This document shows positions 1 through 6,579 of a stretch of 42,021 bases of DNA, piece after piece (position 1 is the first letter of the stretch; every line of letters begins with the position of its first letter). Under the pieces are notes generated by a model that searched no databases, was not told the origin of the DNA, and worked only from the letters and a program-made list of their open reading frames with translations. Source of the DNA: a virus (taxonomy: Duplodnaviria; Caudoviricetes); the IMG/VR virus record IMGVR_UViG_3300025732_000087, positions 1 to 42,021 of that record; one strand, written 5' to 3'. The translations under genes and the position numbers were made by a program.

Positions 1-8
1 TTTCTTGC

Positions 9-59
9 TGATAGGCCGCGTATCATAACGATCCTTTTAGTATGACACGCGGACTATCA
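9..59. repeat. Conserved intergenic inverted-repeat element, copy 1
   Basis: TGATAGGCCGCGTATCATA-ACGATCCTTTTAG-TATGACACGCGGACTATCA; 19-bp stem with 2 mismatches. Confidence 0.95.
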
Positions 60-63
60 ACAA

Positions 64-100
64 CCCCCCTCCCGGCTCCGTCGTAGGGCCAGGAGGGGGG
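64..100 (-). terminator. Intrinsic terminator-like GC hairpin after ORF 116-577
   Basis: CCCCCTCCCGGC..GCCAGGAGGGGG stem 3' of the minus-strand stop; weak U tail (TTGTTG). Confidence 0.6.
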
Positions 101-115
101 CGATAGGGGGCTTGG

Positions 116-577
116 TTACTTGCCGTGGCGGGATCCGCAGTGGCAGGATCCGCAAAGCCCGCCATTATCGTCTTCGTAGATCTCGGGTTCGTTGGCGTGA
201 TCTCCGTTGATGTCTTCAGACTTGAGAACCAACGGGTATCCGCATTCACGGCATGTGGAGGGATTCGTCTTTGGTTGGAATTCGGGGCTAGGCGGAATGT
301 CACGATAAACATGCTTGGTCAGGACGATCCGATGACGATCCGCCCAATCGACCGCAAGAGTGCTCATGGGCTCGTCAAGGAGCGTGATGATGTGCGACGC
401 ACCCTTGGGAGCGTAGGAAATGCGAAGGTAATCCATGCCGTTCTTGTGGTACGCCATCATGCTGAAGACATGTTCCCAAGACTGAACGCTAGTGTGCACG
501 CCTGCGGTCTTGTGTCCAAGACGAGTAACGATTGCGGGACGGGAGAGATTGCGGAGCGTGCCGAAGAAGTGTGCCAT
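116..577 (-). CDS. Hypothetical early protein with C-terminal CxxC..CxxC Zn-finger-like motif
   Basis: 153-aa ORF with CRECG and CGSCHC; purine-rich RBS GATAGGGG; own promoter and terminator. Confidence 0.75.
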   Translation of the reverse strand: MAHFFGTLRNLSRPAIVTRLGHKTAGVHTSVQSWEHVFSMMAYHKNGMDYLRISYAPKGASHIITLLDEPMSTLAVDWADRHRIVLTKHVYRDIPPSPEFQPKTNPSTCRECGYPLVLKSEDINGDHANEPEIYEDDNGGLCGSCHCGSRHGK

Positions 578-634
578 TCTAAACCCCTATCTGCGATCTT
601 TGCGATGCCTCGCACGATGCGAGGCAATGCGTTC

Positions 635-662
635 AGGATAGCGGCTACTGACCCAATGTCAA
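635..662 (-). promoter_or_regulatory. sigma70-type promoter TTGACA-16-TATCCT
   Basis: + strand tgtcaa 657-662 and aggata 635-640. Confidence 0.7.
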
Positions 663-707
663 GCAACCCTAGCCGTAAGTAGAAGATTTATTGTGATTCC
701 GTCCAGA

Positions 708-765
708 TGATAGGCCGCGTCCAAGCAAATGACGGAGTCATTTAGCGATCCTTAGCGGCCTATCA
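708..765. repeat. Conserved inverted-repeat element, copy 2 (variant with inner hairpin)
   Basis: TGATAGGCCGC..AAATGAC-GGA-GTCATTT..GATCCTTA-GCGGCCTATCA. Confidence 0.9.
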
Positions 766-774
766 TAGGTAAAT

Positions 775-807
775 AATAAAACCCCCCAAGATTTCTCTTG
801 GGGGGTT
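775..807 (-). terminator. Intrinsic terminator
   Basis: AACCCCCCAAG-ATTTCT-CTTGGGGGGTT preceded by an A-run (U tail on minus strand). Confidence 0.8.
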
Positions 808-810
808 AGT

Positions 811-978
811 TCAGTTTGCGATGGAGTCTAGGCCCAACTCTGCGATGGGTGTGATGTCCTTGACGTTCACCTGTCCCGAAGCAAGAAGTTCGGCATCTTC
901 ATCCTTGATCACCATGATGCTGCACCCCTTAGCATCCGTGTACGTTTCTCCGTCATTCAACACCACTATGATGTGCAT
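811..978 (-). CDS. Small hypothetical protein, 55 aa (not in ORF track)
   Basis: Hand translation MHIIVVLNDGETYTDAKGCSIMVIKDEDAELLASGQVNVKDITPIAELGLDSIAN*; RBS AGGAGA; fills the space between promoter and terminator. Confidence 0.8.
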   Translation of the reverse strand: MHIIVVLNDGETYTDAKGCSIMVIKDEDAELLASGQVNVKDITPIAELGLDSIAN

Positions 979-1022
979 AATATGTCTCCTGCCCCATTAG
1001 TGGGGCGATTAGTGTTATGGGG

Positions 1023-1051
1023 ATTAGAGCCACTAATCTGTACGCTGTCAA
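1023..1051 (-). promoter_or_regulatory. sigma70-type promoter TTGACA-17-TCTAAT
   Basis: tgtcaa 1046-1051 and attaga 1023-1028. Confidence 0.7.
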
Positions 1052-1089
1052 GGGGGTCGCGTCCCTCTTATCGGCGGATTTGTAGATTT

Positions 1090-1138
1090 TGATAGGCCGA
1101 GATCATTGCCATCCTTTTAGCATGATCTCGGCCTATCA
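1090..1138. repeat. Conserved inverted-repeat element, copy 3
   Basis: TGATAGGCCGAGATCAT-TGCCATCCTTTTAGC-ATGATCTCGGCCTATCA; perfect 17-bp stem. Confidence 0.95.
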
Positions 1139-1147
1139 GCACAGCTA

Positions 1148-1165
1148 GCCTCCCCGAAGGGAGGC
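1148..1165 (-). terminator. Terminator-like hairpin
   Basis: GCCTCCC-CGAA-GGGAGGC (UUCG tetraloop on minus strand); weak U tail. Confidence 0.55.
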
Positions 1166-1195
1166 AGGGCCGAAGCCTCTTCGCTGTGGAGATGT

Positions 1196-1462
1196 TCAGA
1201 GTTCCGACAGATTGACCTTTCGGGCCGGAACGACAGAGACGTTTGATTCGAGGAACACGACAGCGCCGGTGGTTGAGTCGAACGTGTAGTTCGGAGTGTC
1301 GGACACTTCGCGAACTTCCCATTCCTTCAGCGCAAGCCATCTACGGAACAAGTCGTTTCCGTAGGCAGTCGCGGCCTCGTGCGTGTCGAACACGAGACCA
1401 TTCGTTGCCCATTGCGCGGATGGAGTGCCACGAACGTCGTTGCAGTACACTTTGTATCCCAT
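1196..1462 (-). CDS. Hypothetical early protein, 88 aa
   Basis: RBS GGAGAT; own promoter; WATNGLVFDT..DLFRRW..PNYTF resembles small conserved phage hypotheticals. Confidence 0.85.
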   Translation of the reverse strand: MGYKVYCNDVRGTPSAQWATNGLVFDTHEAATAYGNDLFRRWLALKEWEVREVSDTPNYTFDSTTGAVVFLESNVSVVPARKVNLSEL

Positions 1463-1504
1463 ACTTATCTCCGTGCCCCTATGGGGCGGTTTGGGTATGC
1501 GTCA

Positions 1505-1533
1505 ATCATAAATCATCGAATCGATTGTGTCAA
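1505..1533 (-). promoter_or_regulatory. sigma70-type promoter TTGACA-17-TATGAT
   Basis: tgtcaa 1528-1533 and atcata 1505-1510. Confidence 0.8.
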
Positions 1534-1551
1534 GTCCCTTTGTCAGATTAT

Positions 1552-1601
1552 TGATAGGCCGCGATCAGAGCGATCCTTTTAGCCTGATACGCGGACTATC
1601 A
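1552..1601. repeat. Conserved inverted-repeat element, copy 4
   Basis: TGATAGGCCGCGATCAG-AGCGATCCTTTTAGC-CTGATACGCGGACTATCA. Confidence 0.95.
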
Positions 1602-1612
1602 TCATAAAGGAC

Positions 1613-1643
1613 AATAAAAAACCTCCCGGATTTCTCCGGGAGG
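1613..1643 (-). terminator. Intrinsic terminator
   Basis: CCTCCCGGA-TTTC-TCCGGGAGG with adjacent A-run. Confidence 0.8.
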
Positions 1644-1668
1644 GGGTTGACAAACTTTGTCCCTGCCG

Positions 1669-2136
1669 TTAGCAGTAGTGCGGCGTGTAAAGGCGCTCCT
1701 CATTACAGTAAACGGTACGCAGATTGCGTGGACGCAGGCGTCGGATGCGCCCGTCCTGATCCGGTTCGCTGATCGGGCATTCGCCCGGGAACTCCAATTG
1801 GGCGAATATCCCATGGCAGTAGTCCAGCGATCCGATGCTGTCCGGGTCCAGCCCAAGTCGGTCGGCCTGCGCGAGGCACCAGTCGTTATAGTTGGCGTCG
1901 GCCGACTCCAGTTCCCGATACTTGCGGTTGAGCAGCGGTTCCACCTCCTTCAGGCATAGGCGCGCCTTCCGCATGGAGCGGAAGATCGCCACCGAATCCA
2001 CCACCGAATCGGTGTACCACCACCCGCCCTCCTCCGGGCCGCCGTAGCAGCGTTGACTGACGTAGATGACCACCGCGACGGATCCCTTTGGAAGGGCATC
2101 GGGGGCGGACACGAAGTGCTTAAATGGCTTTCTCAT
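1669..2136 (-). CDS. Hypothetical early protein with YGGPEEGGWWY motif (start re-assigned to ATG 2136)
   Basis: MRKPFKHF.. preceded by GGAGAG; the track start at 2184 lies in the leader hairpin. Confidence 0.8.
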   Translation of the reverse strand: MRKPFKHFVSAPDALPKGSVAVVIYVSQRCYGGPEEGGWWYTDSVVDSVAIFRSMRKARLCLKEVEPLLNRKYRELESADANYNDWCLAQADRLGLDPDSIGSLDYCHGIFAQLEFPGECPISEPDQDGRIRRLRPRNLRTVYCNEERLYTPHYC

Positions 2137-2190
2137 GGTTGACTCTCCAGTCAGGGTGCGAACCCCTCGCGCACGCGAGGGCACGGGAGC

Positions 2191-2219
2191 ATTATACCAA
2201 ATACCGGGCGATCAAACAA
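2191..2219 (-). promoter_or_regulatory. sigma70-type extended -10 promoter (TGG-TATAAT; -35 TTGTTT)
   Basis: attata 2191-2196 followed by cca; aaacaa 2214-2219 at 17-bp spacing. Confidence 0.65.
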
Positions 2220-2244
2220 CCGATAGATGCAGTCCAAAGCAAGA

Positions 2245-2295
2245 TGATAGGCCGCGTATCAGAGCGATCCTTTTAGCCTGATATGCGGACTATCA
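2245..2295. repeat. Conserved inverted-repeat element, copy 5
   Basis: TGATAGGCCGCGTATCAG-AGCGATCCTTTTAGC-CTGATATGCGGACTATCA. Confidence 0.95.
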
Positions 2296-2298
2296 ACA

Positions 2299-2328
2299 CC
2301 CCTCCCAGCCCCGGAGGGCTGGGAGGGG
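2299..2328 (-). terminator. Terminator-like hairpin
   Basis: CCCCTCCCAGCCC-CGGA-GGGCTGGGAGGGG just past the stop of 2336-2644. Confidence 0.7.
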
Positions 2329-2335
2329 GAAGGTT

Positions 2336-2644
2336 TCAGGCGATGGCGTGGAGGCAGAGTTCCCGGTCCGTGAACTTCTTCAGAATGCCGTCGATCTGGT
2401 GGCGAACATCCAACTGGCTCACAGCCGGAGTATTGAAGGCGAGGGCCAGCCCATGCCGCAGAGCGTAAAGAGCGGTGGGACGCGAGTCCTTCTTCGTTCC
2501 CCACTCCATGTCATCAATCTTCACCAACTGCAAGCCGTTGAGCGTATCCAGCCACCCACGGATCTGTGCGGCTTCGCAGCAGAAGCCCTCGGCTTCCACG
2601 CCGTCGCACCACTGGTAGAAGAGCCTAACATTATCAATCTTCAT
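2336..2644 (-). CDS. Hypothetical early protein, 102 aa
   Basis: RBS GAGGAA; own promoter and terminator. Confidence 0.8.
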   Translation of the reverse strand: MKIDNVRLFYQWCDGVEAEGFCCEAAQIRGWLDTLNGLQLVKIDDMEWGTKKDSRPTALYALRHGLALAFNTPAVSQLDVRHQIDGILKKFTDRELCLHAIA

Positions 2645-2701
2645 GGCGTTTCCTCGCGGAAAGTGTCACTAGGCAGGCCGCACGACGCGGCTGCTGCGTA
2701 C

Positions 2702-2729
2702 ATTGTAGCGTCTGTCTGCTGTCTGTCAA
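2702..2729 (-). promoter_or_regulatory. sigma70-type promoter TTGACA-16-TACAAT
   Basis: tgtcaa 2724-2729 and attgta 2702-2707. Confidence 0.75.
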
Positions 2730-2746
2730 GTACCTAGTCGCGTAGT

Positions 2747-2797
2747 TGATAGGCCGTCCACCATAGTGATCCTTCTAACATGGTGGACGGCCTATCA
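2747..2797. repeat. Conserved inverted-repeat element, copy 6
   Basis: TGATAGGCCGTCCACCAT-AGTGATCCTTCTAAC-ATGGTGGACGGCCTATCA; perfect 18-bp stem with a different inner sequence. Confidence 0.95.
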
Positions 2798-2807
2798 AAA
2801 TAAAAGA

Positions 2808-2854
2808 CAAAAGAACCCCCCGCCCGGGTTCCGTCGTGTGGACCGGGCGGGGGG
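2808..2854 (-). terminator. Intrinsic terminator
   Basis: CCCCCCGCCCGG..CCGGGCGGGGGG with A-rich flank. Confidence 0.7.
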
Positions 2855-2872
2855 CGATTGGGGGCGAGTGTG

Positions 2873-3103
2873 TCAGGGCCGATCGTCACCCGTCAAGGCA
2901 TACTGCAGGCCCCGAAGGGGGAAGGCGAAGAACAGGCCGAGAAGGCAGAGGATGAGGCCGACCGCGTAGCAGGCGATCTTCATGCCGATCGGAGCGGCCT
3001 GATACGCGATGATGGCGCAGAGGATGGGAGTCGGGATGACCATCGTGAAGAGGCCGAGGCCGATGATGATGCGATCCCACATTGAACCGAAGTACTGTTG
3101 CAT
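2873..3103 (-). CDS. Small membrane protein with 2 hydrophobic segments, 76 aa
   Basis: IIIGLGLFTMVIPTPILCAIIAY and IACYAVGLILCLLGLFFAFPL; same strand as neighbours; leader shared with 3183-3434. Confidence 0.75.
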   Translation of the reverse strand: MQQYFGSMWDRIIIGLGLFTMVIPTPILCAIIAYQAAPIGMKIACYAVGLILCLLGLFFAFPLRGLQYALTGDDRP

Positions 3104-3182
3104 ACTAGTCCCAATCTGCCCCTTGGGGGCAAGAGAAGTGAGGGGGGGCCGGGACCGTCCCGGCCCCCCACGGGCAGGCGTC

Positions 3183-3434
3183 CTATGCCTGCGCCGCCCA
3201 CACGCGGTGGACCTTGTTGACCTTCACACGGCGGCGGGTGTCGGGCTTCTCGGGAGTCGGGATAACCCAAAAGTAGACCCACACGCCATCAGCAGCCACG
3301 ATCATGCGAGTGATCTCGCGAGGCTCGGTGAACCGACCCGTGCCTGCCTTGTGCCATTGCACAAAGCCTCTGCCGCAGGCGTTGACCTCGGCGCACGCTG
3401 CGCGAACCTCTTCCGGCGTCATCTTCCGGGCCAT
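3183..3434 (-). CDS. Hypothetical early protein, 83 aa (start re-assigned to MARKMTPEE)
   Basis: ATG 3434 preceded by GATTGGGGG; promoter TTGCGC-16-TATAGT at 3505-3532; hairpin 3143-3169 after stop. Confidence 0.7.
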   Translation of the reverse strand: MARKMTPEEVRAACAEVNACGRGFVQWHKAGTGRFTEPREITRMIVAADGVWVYFWVIPTPEKPDTRRRVKVNKVHRVWAAQA

Positions 3435-3697
3435 GTGGCCCCCCAATCTGCCCCCGAAGGGGCGGAAGTAGCGAAGGAACGCACGACGCGTTCCAGATAC
3501 CCGAACTATACCCGATGGAACGCTACGCGCAAGGCTATTCGGCCCGGATTCTGCCCGGAATCTGCAGAAAGAAATCTGCAAATCTTGGGAGATTTGGCTT
3601 GACATCGTGTCCAAACAGTGCTACGGGTCCCGTTTGGCACCGGATGCCTCGCGGCTTGCCAAATCGCCTCTAAAATTTTTCATTTTTCCTCAAAAAT

Positions 3698-3780
3698 ATG
3701 GGTCCCCTTTTAGATACCCCCACACCCTATCCAAGAAAATGGGTCCCCTTTGGGTCCCTTTTATGGGTCCCCTTTTAGTA
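3698..3780. repeat. Four direct repeats of TGGGTCCC(C)TTT at the GC/AT boundary
   Basis: Copies at ~3698, 3739, 3751, 3763; another at 4603-4620. Confidence 0.9.
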
Positions 3781-3802
3781 TCCCCATCTCCTACATATTT
3801 TC

Positions 3803-4600
3803 ATGAAGTCCTTTTCTGAATTTCTATCTGAATCTTTAAAATTTAACAAAGCACTTCTTGGAATGCCTGCTGTAAGAAGCATCATGACAAGAAGCAAGGT
3901 GTTAACCCCAGAAGGACTTCCTCGTACTGTATTTCATGGAACCAGCGCTGCAAAAGATTTCAGAAAATTTGGCATAACGAGAGATTTTGGATTTCATTTT
4001 GCAGAGGATCCAAAGCTTGCTGAACGTGCATTGAGATCTAGATTGGGTGGTACTACGCAAAAAGGTGGTCCCCGCATCATTCCAGCATTTTTAGATATCA
4101 AGAATCCTGCTCCATTTGATGAAATCACAAAAGAAGATAATTTTGAAGCCCCCGGTGCATGGCTATTTTCGGATGTAGTGAGAAAAATGGCTGATCGTGG
4201 AGTGTTTTCCGTAAACCCAGAAAGGAATCAATTTGAAATGGATCCTTCCGATGCTAGCTACCGTGGTGTTTCGTTGCGTGGAGAAAATATTCCAGGATAT
4301 GGAAAATTAGTTCCAGCAAAAAGAAAAGTTGGTAAGATAGACGTAGATACCGGATCTTACATTCGCGACACCACCGAAAAGGCAAAAGAACAAGCTGGAG
4401 GAAGTTCTAAATTTTTTAAACTTCCAACAATAGAACGAAACAAAATTTTATTAAAACATTTAGTAGGGGATCTGCGTGGACTCGGATACGATGGTGGTGA
4501 ATATGAAAATAAATTTGAAGGAAAAGGAAAAACTTGGGTTGCATTTGACCCTCAACAAGTTGTCTCGGCAATAACCGGAAAAACAATGGGCTCAAAATAA
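3803..4600 (+). CDS. ADP-ribosyltransferase-like protein (ART-PolyVal-type) with capsid-targeting-like N-terminus
   Basis: VFHGT..GFHFAEDP..IIPAFLDIKNP..GYDGGEYEN..WVAFDPQQV motif order; N-term MKSFSEFLSE. Confidence 0.65.
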   Translation: MKSFSEFLSESLKFNKALLGMPAVRSIMTRSKVLTPEGLPRTVFHGTSAAKDFRKFGITRDFGFHFAEDPKLAERALRSRLGGTTQKGGPRIIPAFLDIKNPAPFDEITKEDNFEAPGAWLFSDVVRKMADRGVFSVNPERNQFEMDPSDASYRGVSLRGENIPGYGKLVPAKRKVGKIDVDTGSYIRDTTEKAKEQAGGSSKFFKLPTIERNKILLKHLVGDLRGLGYDGGEYENKFEGKGKTWVAFDPQQVVSAITGKTMGSK

Positions 4601-4643
4601 AAATGGGTCCCCTTTTAGTATTTCCCAGTCACTAAATATTTTC

Positions 4644-5096
4644 ATGCTTTCATTCAAACAATTTTTAATAGAAGAAGAAAAAAGTGCTTTTCAGGAAGTT
4701 AAAGCAGACCTTGAGGATACTCCTGCAATTTCAATGGGAAAAAAATTGGTGGCCAAGGGGGCTAATATGGTGACTCAAGGTGCAGGAAATTTGGTGGGTC
4801 CCGTTTCAAGCATCGCCCAAGGGGATGTAATAGGAACGATGCTTTCTTTGGGAAAGAATGCAAGCCCAATCGGAATGGCCCATAGTGCTCTTATGATGGG
4901 AAAAGAAGCAAATGCCACTCCGTATCCTCTGGAATCAGAGATTGAAAGCCAAAATGCAAAGGATGATTTACTTTCCGCTGCAATGAACCCCAATGATAAT
5001 GCCGTTCCTCAGAAAGGACCGGCAGAATTGAAGAGAGCAGAATTTAGAAGAAAACAACAAGAATACATGAGCAACGTCGGTAGTGACGAATATTGA
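4644..5096 (+). CDS. Putative internal virion protein
   Basis: MLSFKQFLIEE N-terminus; CTAAATA 5 nt before ATG. Confidence 0.7.
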   Translation: MLSFKQFLIEEEKSAFQEVKADLEDTPAISMGKKLVAKGANMVTQGAGNLVGPVSSIAQGDVIGTMLSLGKNASPIGMAHSALMMGKEANATPYPLESEIESQNAKDDLLSAAMNPNDNAVPQKGPAELKRAEFRRKQQEYMSNVGSDEY

Positions 5097-5130
5097 TTTA
5101 TTTTGGGAATTGTATCCAGATGCACAAAGC

Positions 5131-5151
5131 ATTGCCATCTACAATGGCAAT
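5131..5151. terminator. Hairpin between convergent genes
   Basis: ATTGCCAT-CTACA-ATGGCAAT. Confidence 0.45.
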
Positions 5152-5164
5152 TTGATCGTAAAAA

Positions 5165-6013
5165 TTAAACTTTAGGTCCCGAAATTCTTACCTGTGAAGG
5201 TTTTTCTGCCTTTAAAGCAGAATCAACTTCTCTTTTTGATTGTCTATCAATACCTTTTTGCATTATGGGTTGCATTGCAGATACAGGGTCAATAGCAGCT
5301 TGTGCTGCGCCTAAAGCTTTATCTGTTGCATTAGCTGCCCAATCAGGCATTTTGGATAAAGTTTGATGTGTGATTTTTTCAACATCATCAAATACTCCCA
5401 ATTTTTCTGCTGCTGGTTTTACAAGGTATTCCCCTACCAATCCTCCTACTAAGCCACCTCCAAGATTTAACGCACTGTTTGTTGCAGAAATTTTTTTATC
5501 ATAATTTAATTTTTCTGTTTTTAACTTTTTTAATCTATTCGCCGCTCTAATAAGATCGTCTTGTGATAGTTTTTCTAATCGATTTACAATTCTTTTTTGG
5601 GTTTCTGGATCTTTAGTAAATCTTAATTGATATTCTTCTGCTGCTTTAGAAAAATCATATCCTGGTTTTTCCATTTCTACTTTTTTCTGCGTCCAATGTT
5701 TAACAATATCTTTTTCTGTTGGAATCTGTTTGCTTTCAATATTTTCGATATTACCTCTTAGTTCACGCCCGACCGGGCCGCGATCCCACGCCTTAAAATA
5801 CCTTCCATCACCATAAAAAGGAGGGTCAACAACATCTAGCGCTACTTTCCTAGTAAGTGGTTCTGTAGCAATATTTGCTCCACCTACTAATGTTGGTTTA
5901 TCTTCATTTTTTTCCTCACTTTGAGCTTCATTTAAAAGATGTTGAAGATAATTAATTTTTTGTTGAAGATTTTCGCATAAATTTTTATAATATTTTGTTA
6001 TTATATCATTCAT
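5165..6013 (-). CDS. Putative virion protein with shared YYKxL..LNE leader and Gly-rich hydrophobic segment
   Basis: MNDIITKYYKNLCENLQQKINYLQHLLNE; LGGGLVGGLVG; CTAAATA at 6031-6037 (minus). Confidence 0.8.
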   Translation of the reverse strand: MNDIITKYYKNLCENLQQKINYLQHLLNEAQSEEKNEDKPTLVGGANIATEPLTRKVALDVVDPPFYGDGRYFKAWDRGPVGRELRGNIENIESKQIPTEKDIVKHWTQKKVEMEKPGYDFSKAAEEYQLRFTKDPETQKRIVNRLEKLSQDDLIRAANRLKKLKTEKLNYDKKISATNSALNLGGGLVGGLVGEYLVKPAAEKLGVFDDVEKITHQTLSKMPDWAANATDKALGAAQAAIDPVSAMQPIMQKGIDRQSKREVDSALKAEKPSQVRISGPKV

Positions 6014-6047
6014 TTTTTAATTCTTTTTATTATTTAGGATAAAAAAA

Positions 6048-6572
6048 TTATTTTTTTTTCGTTTTCTTCTTTGGTTTTCTGTGGCCAAAAAACTTTGATA
6101 TGGATAACTGTGCCAAATTTCCAATAATACTTTGAACTTTTTGATTTGGATGTTTTCTAGTTTTGTCTTTTGGGTTCCCAGTGTCACCAAGTATACTAGT
6201 TATTTTTGCGGCTGTTGCCCAGTTATCTTCTGCATCCATTCCACTTGCATAAGGTTTGCCCAAGGCATCATCGGCATATTCATATGCAGCTTCAAATTCA
6301 TTTGATATACGGGAATCGTCATGCTGGCGAACAACTCTTTCTGAATTCATTCCTAGTTCATGGGCTAATGGTAACTGATCTGATCTTTCCTTTTGTCTTA
6401 AAGGAAGACGTCTTTTTTGGCTTTCTACTGCTCTGGCAATACGACCAGGATCCTTGCCGCCATGTTTTAAAGCTTTTTTGAGCGTTCCTTCATTTAACAT
6501 GTTTTCTAAGAAATTTACTTCTTCTTGAAGTTTTTCTGCTAAAGTTTTGTAATATTTTGTTAAATATTTCAT
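6048..6572 (-). CDS. Putative virion protein with shared leader; paralog of the C-half of 6580-7473
   Basis: MKYLTKYYKTLAEKLQEEVNFLENMLNE; KDPG..ARAVESQ..ALGKP..IIGNL; basic tail. Confidence 0.8.
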   Translation of the reverse strand: MKYLTKYYKTLAEKLQEEVNFLENMLNEGTLKKALKHGGKDPGRIARAVESQKRRLPLRQKERSDQLPLAHELGMNSERVVRQHDDSRISNEFEAAYEYADDALGKPYASGMDAEDNWATAAKITSILGDTGNPKDKTRKHPNQKVQSIIGNLAQLSISKFFGHRKPKKKTKKK

Positions 6573-6579
6573 ATTTTTC

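Noticed and set aside
9-2797. CRISPR array interpretation of the six repeats
   Set aside because: Intervals are 380-700 bp and contain whole genes, the repeats vary internally, and there are no cas genes.
9-2797. Canonical integron attC sites
   Set aside because: No RYYYAAC/GTTRRRY boxes, the units carry their own promoters, and no integrase is in the window; kept only as an analogy.
125-3602. Plus-strand ORFs in the GC-rich zone (125-682, 1243-1554, 1657-1959, 2348-2737, 3009-3602, etc.)
   Set aside because: Antisense shadows of minus-strand genes that have promoter, RBS and terminator support; long shadows are expected at high GC.
3599-3819. Plus-strand TTGACA at 3599 and ORF 3607-3819
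   Set aside because: No acceptable -10 at proper spacing; the ORF merely translates the repeat region.
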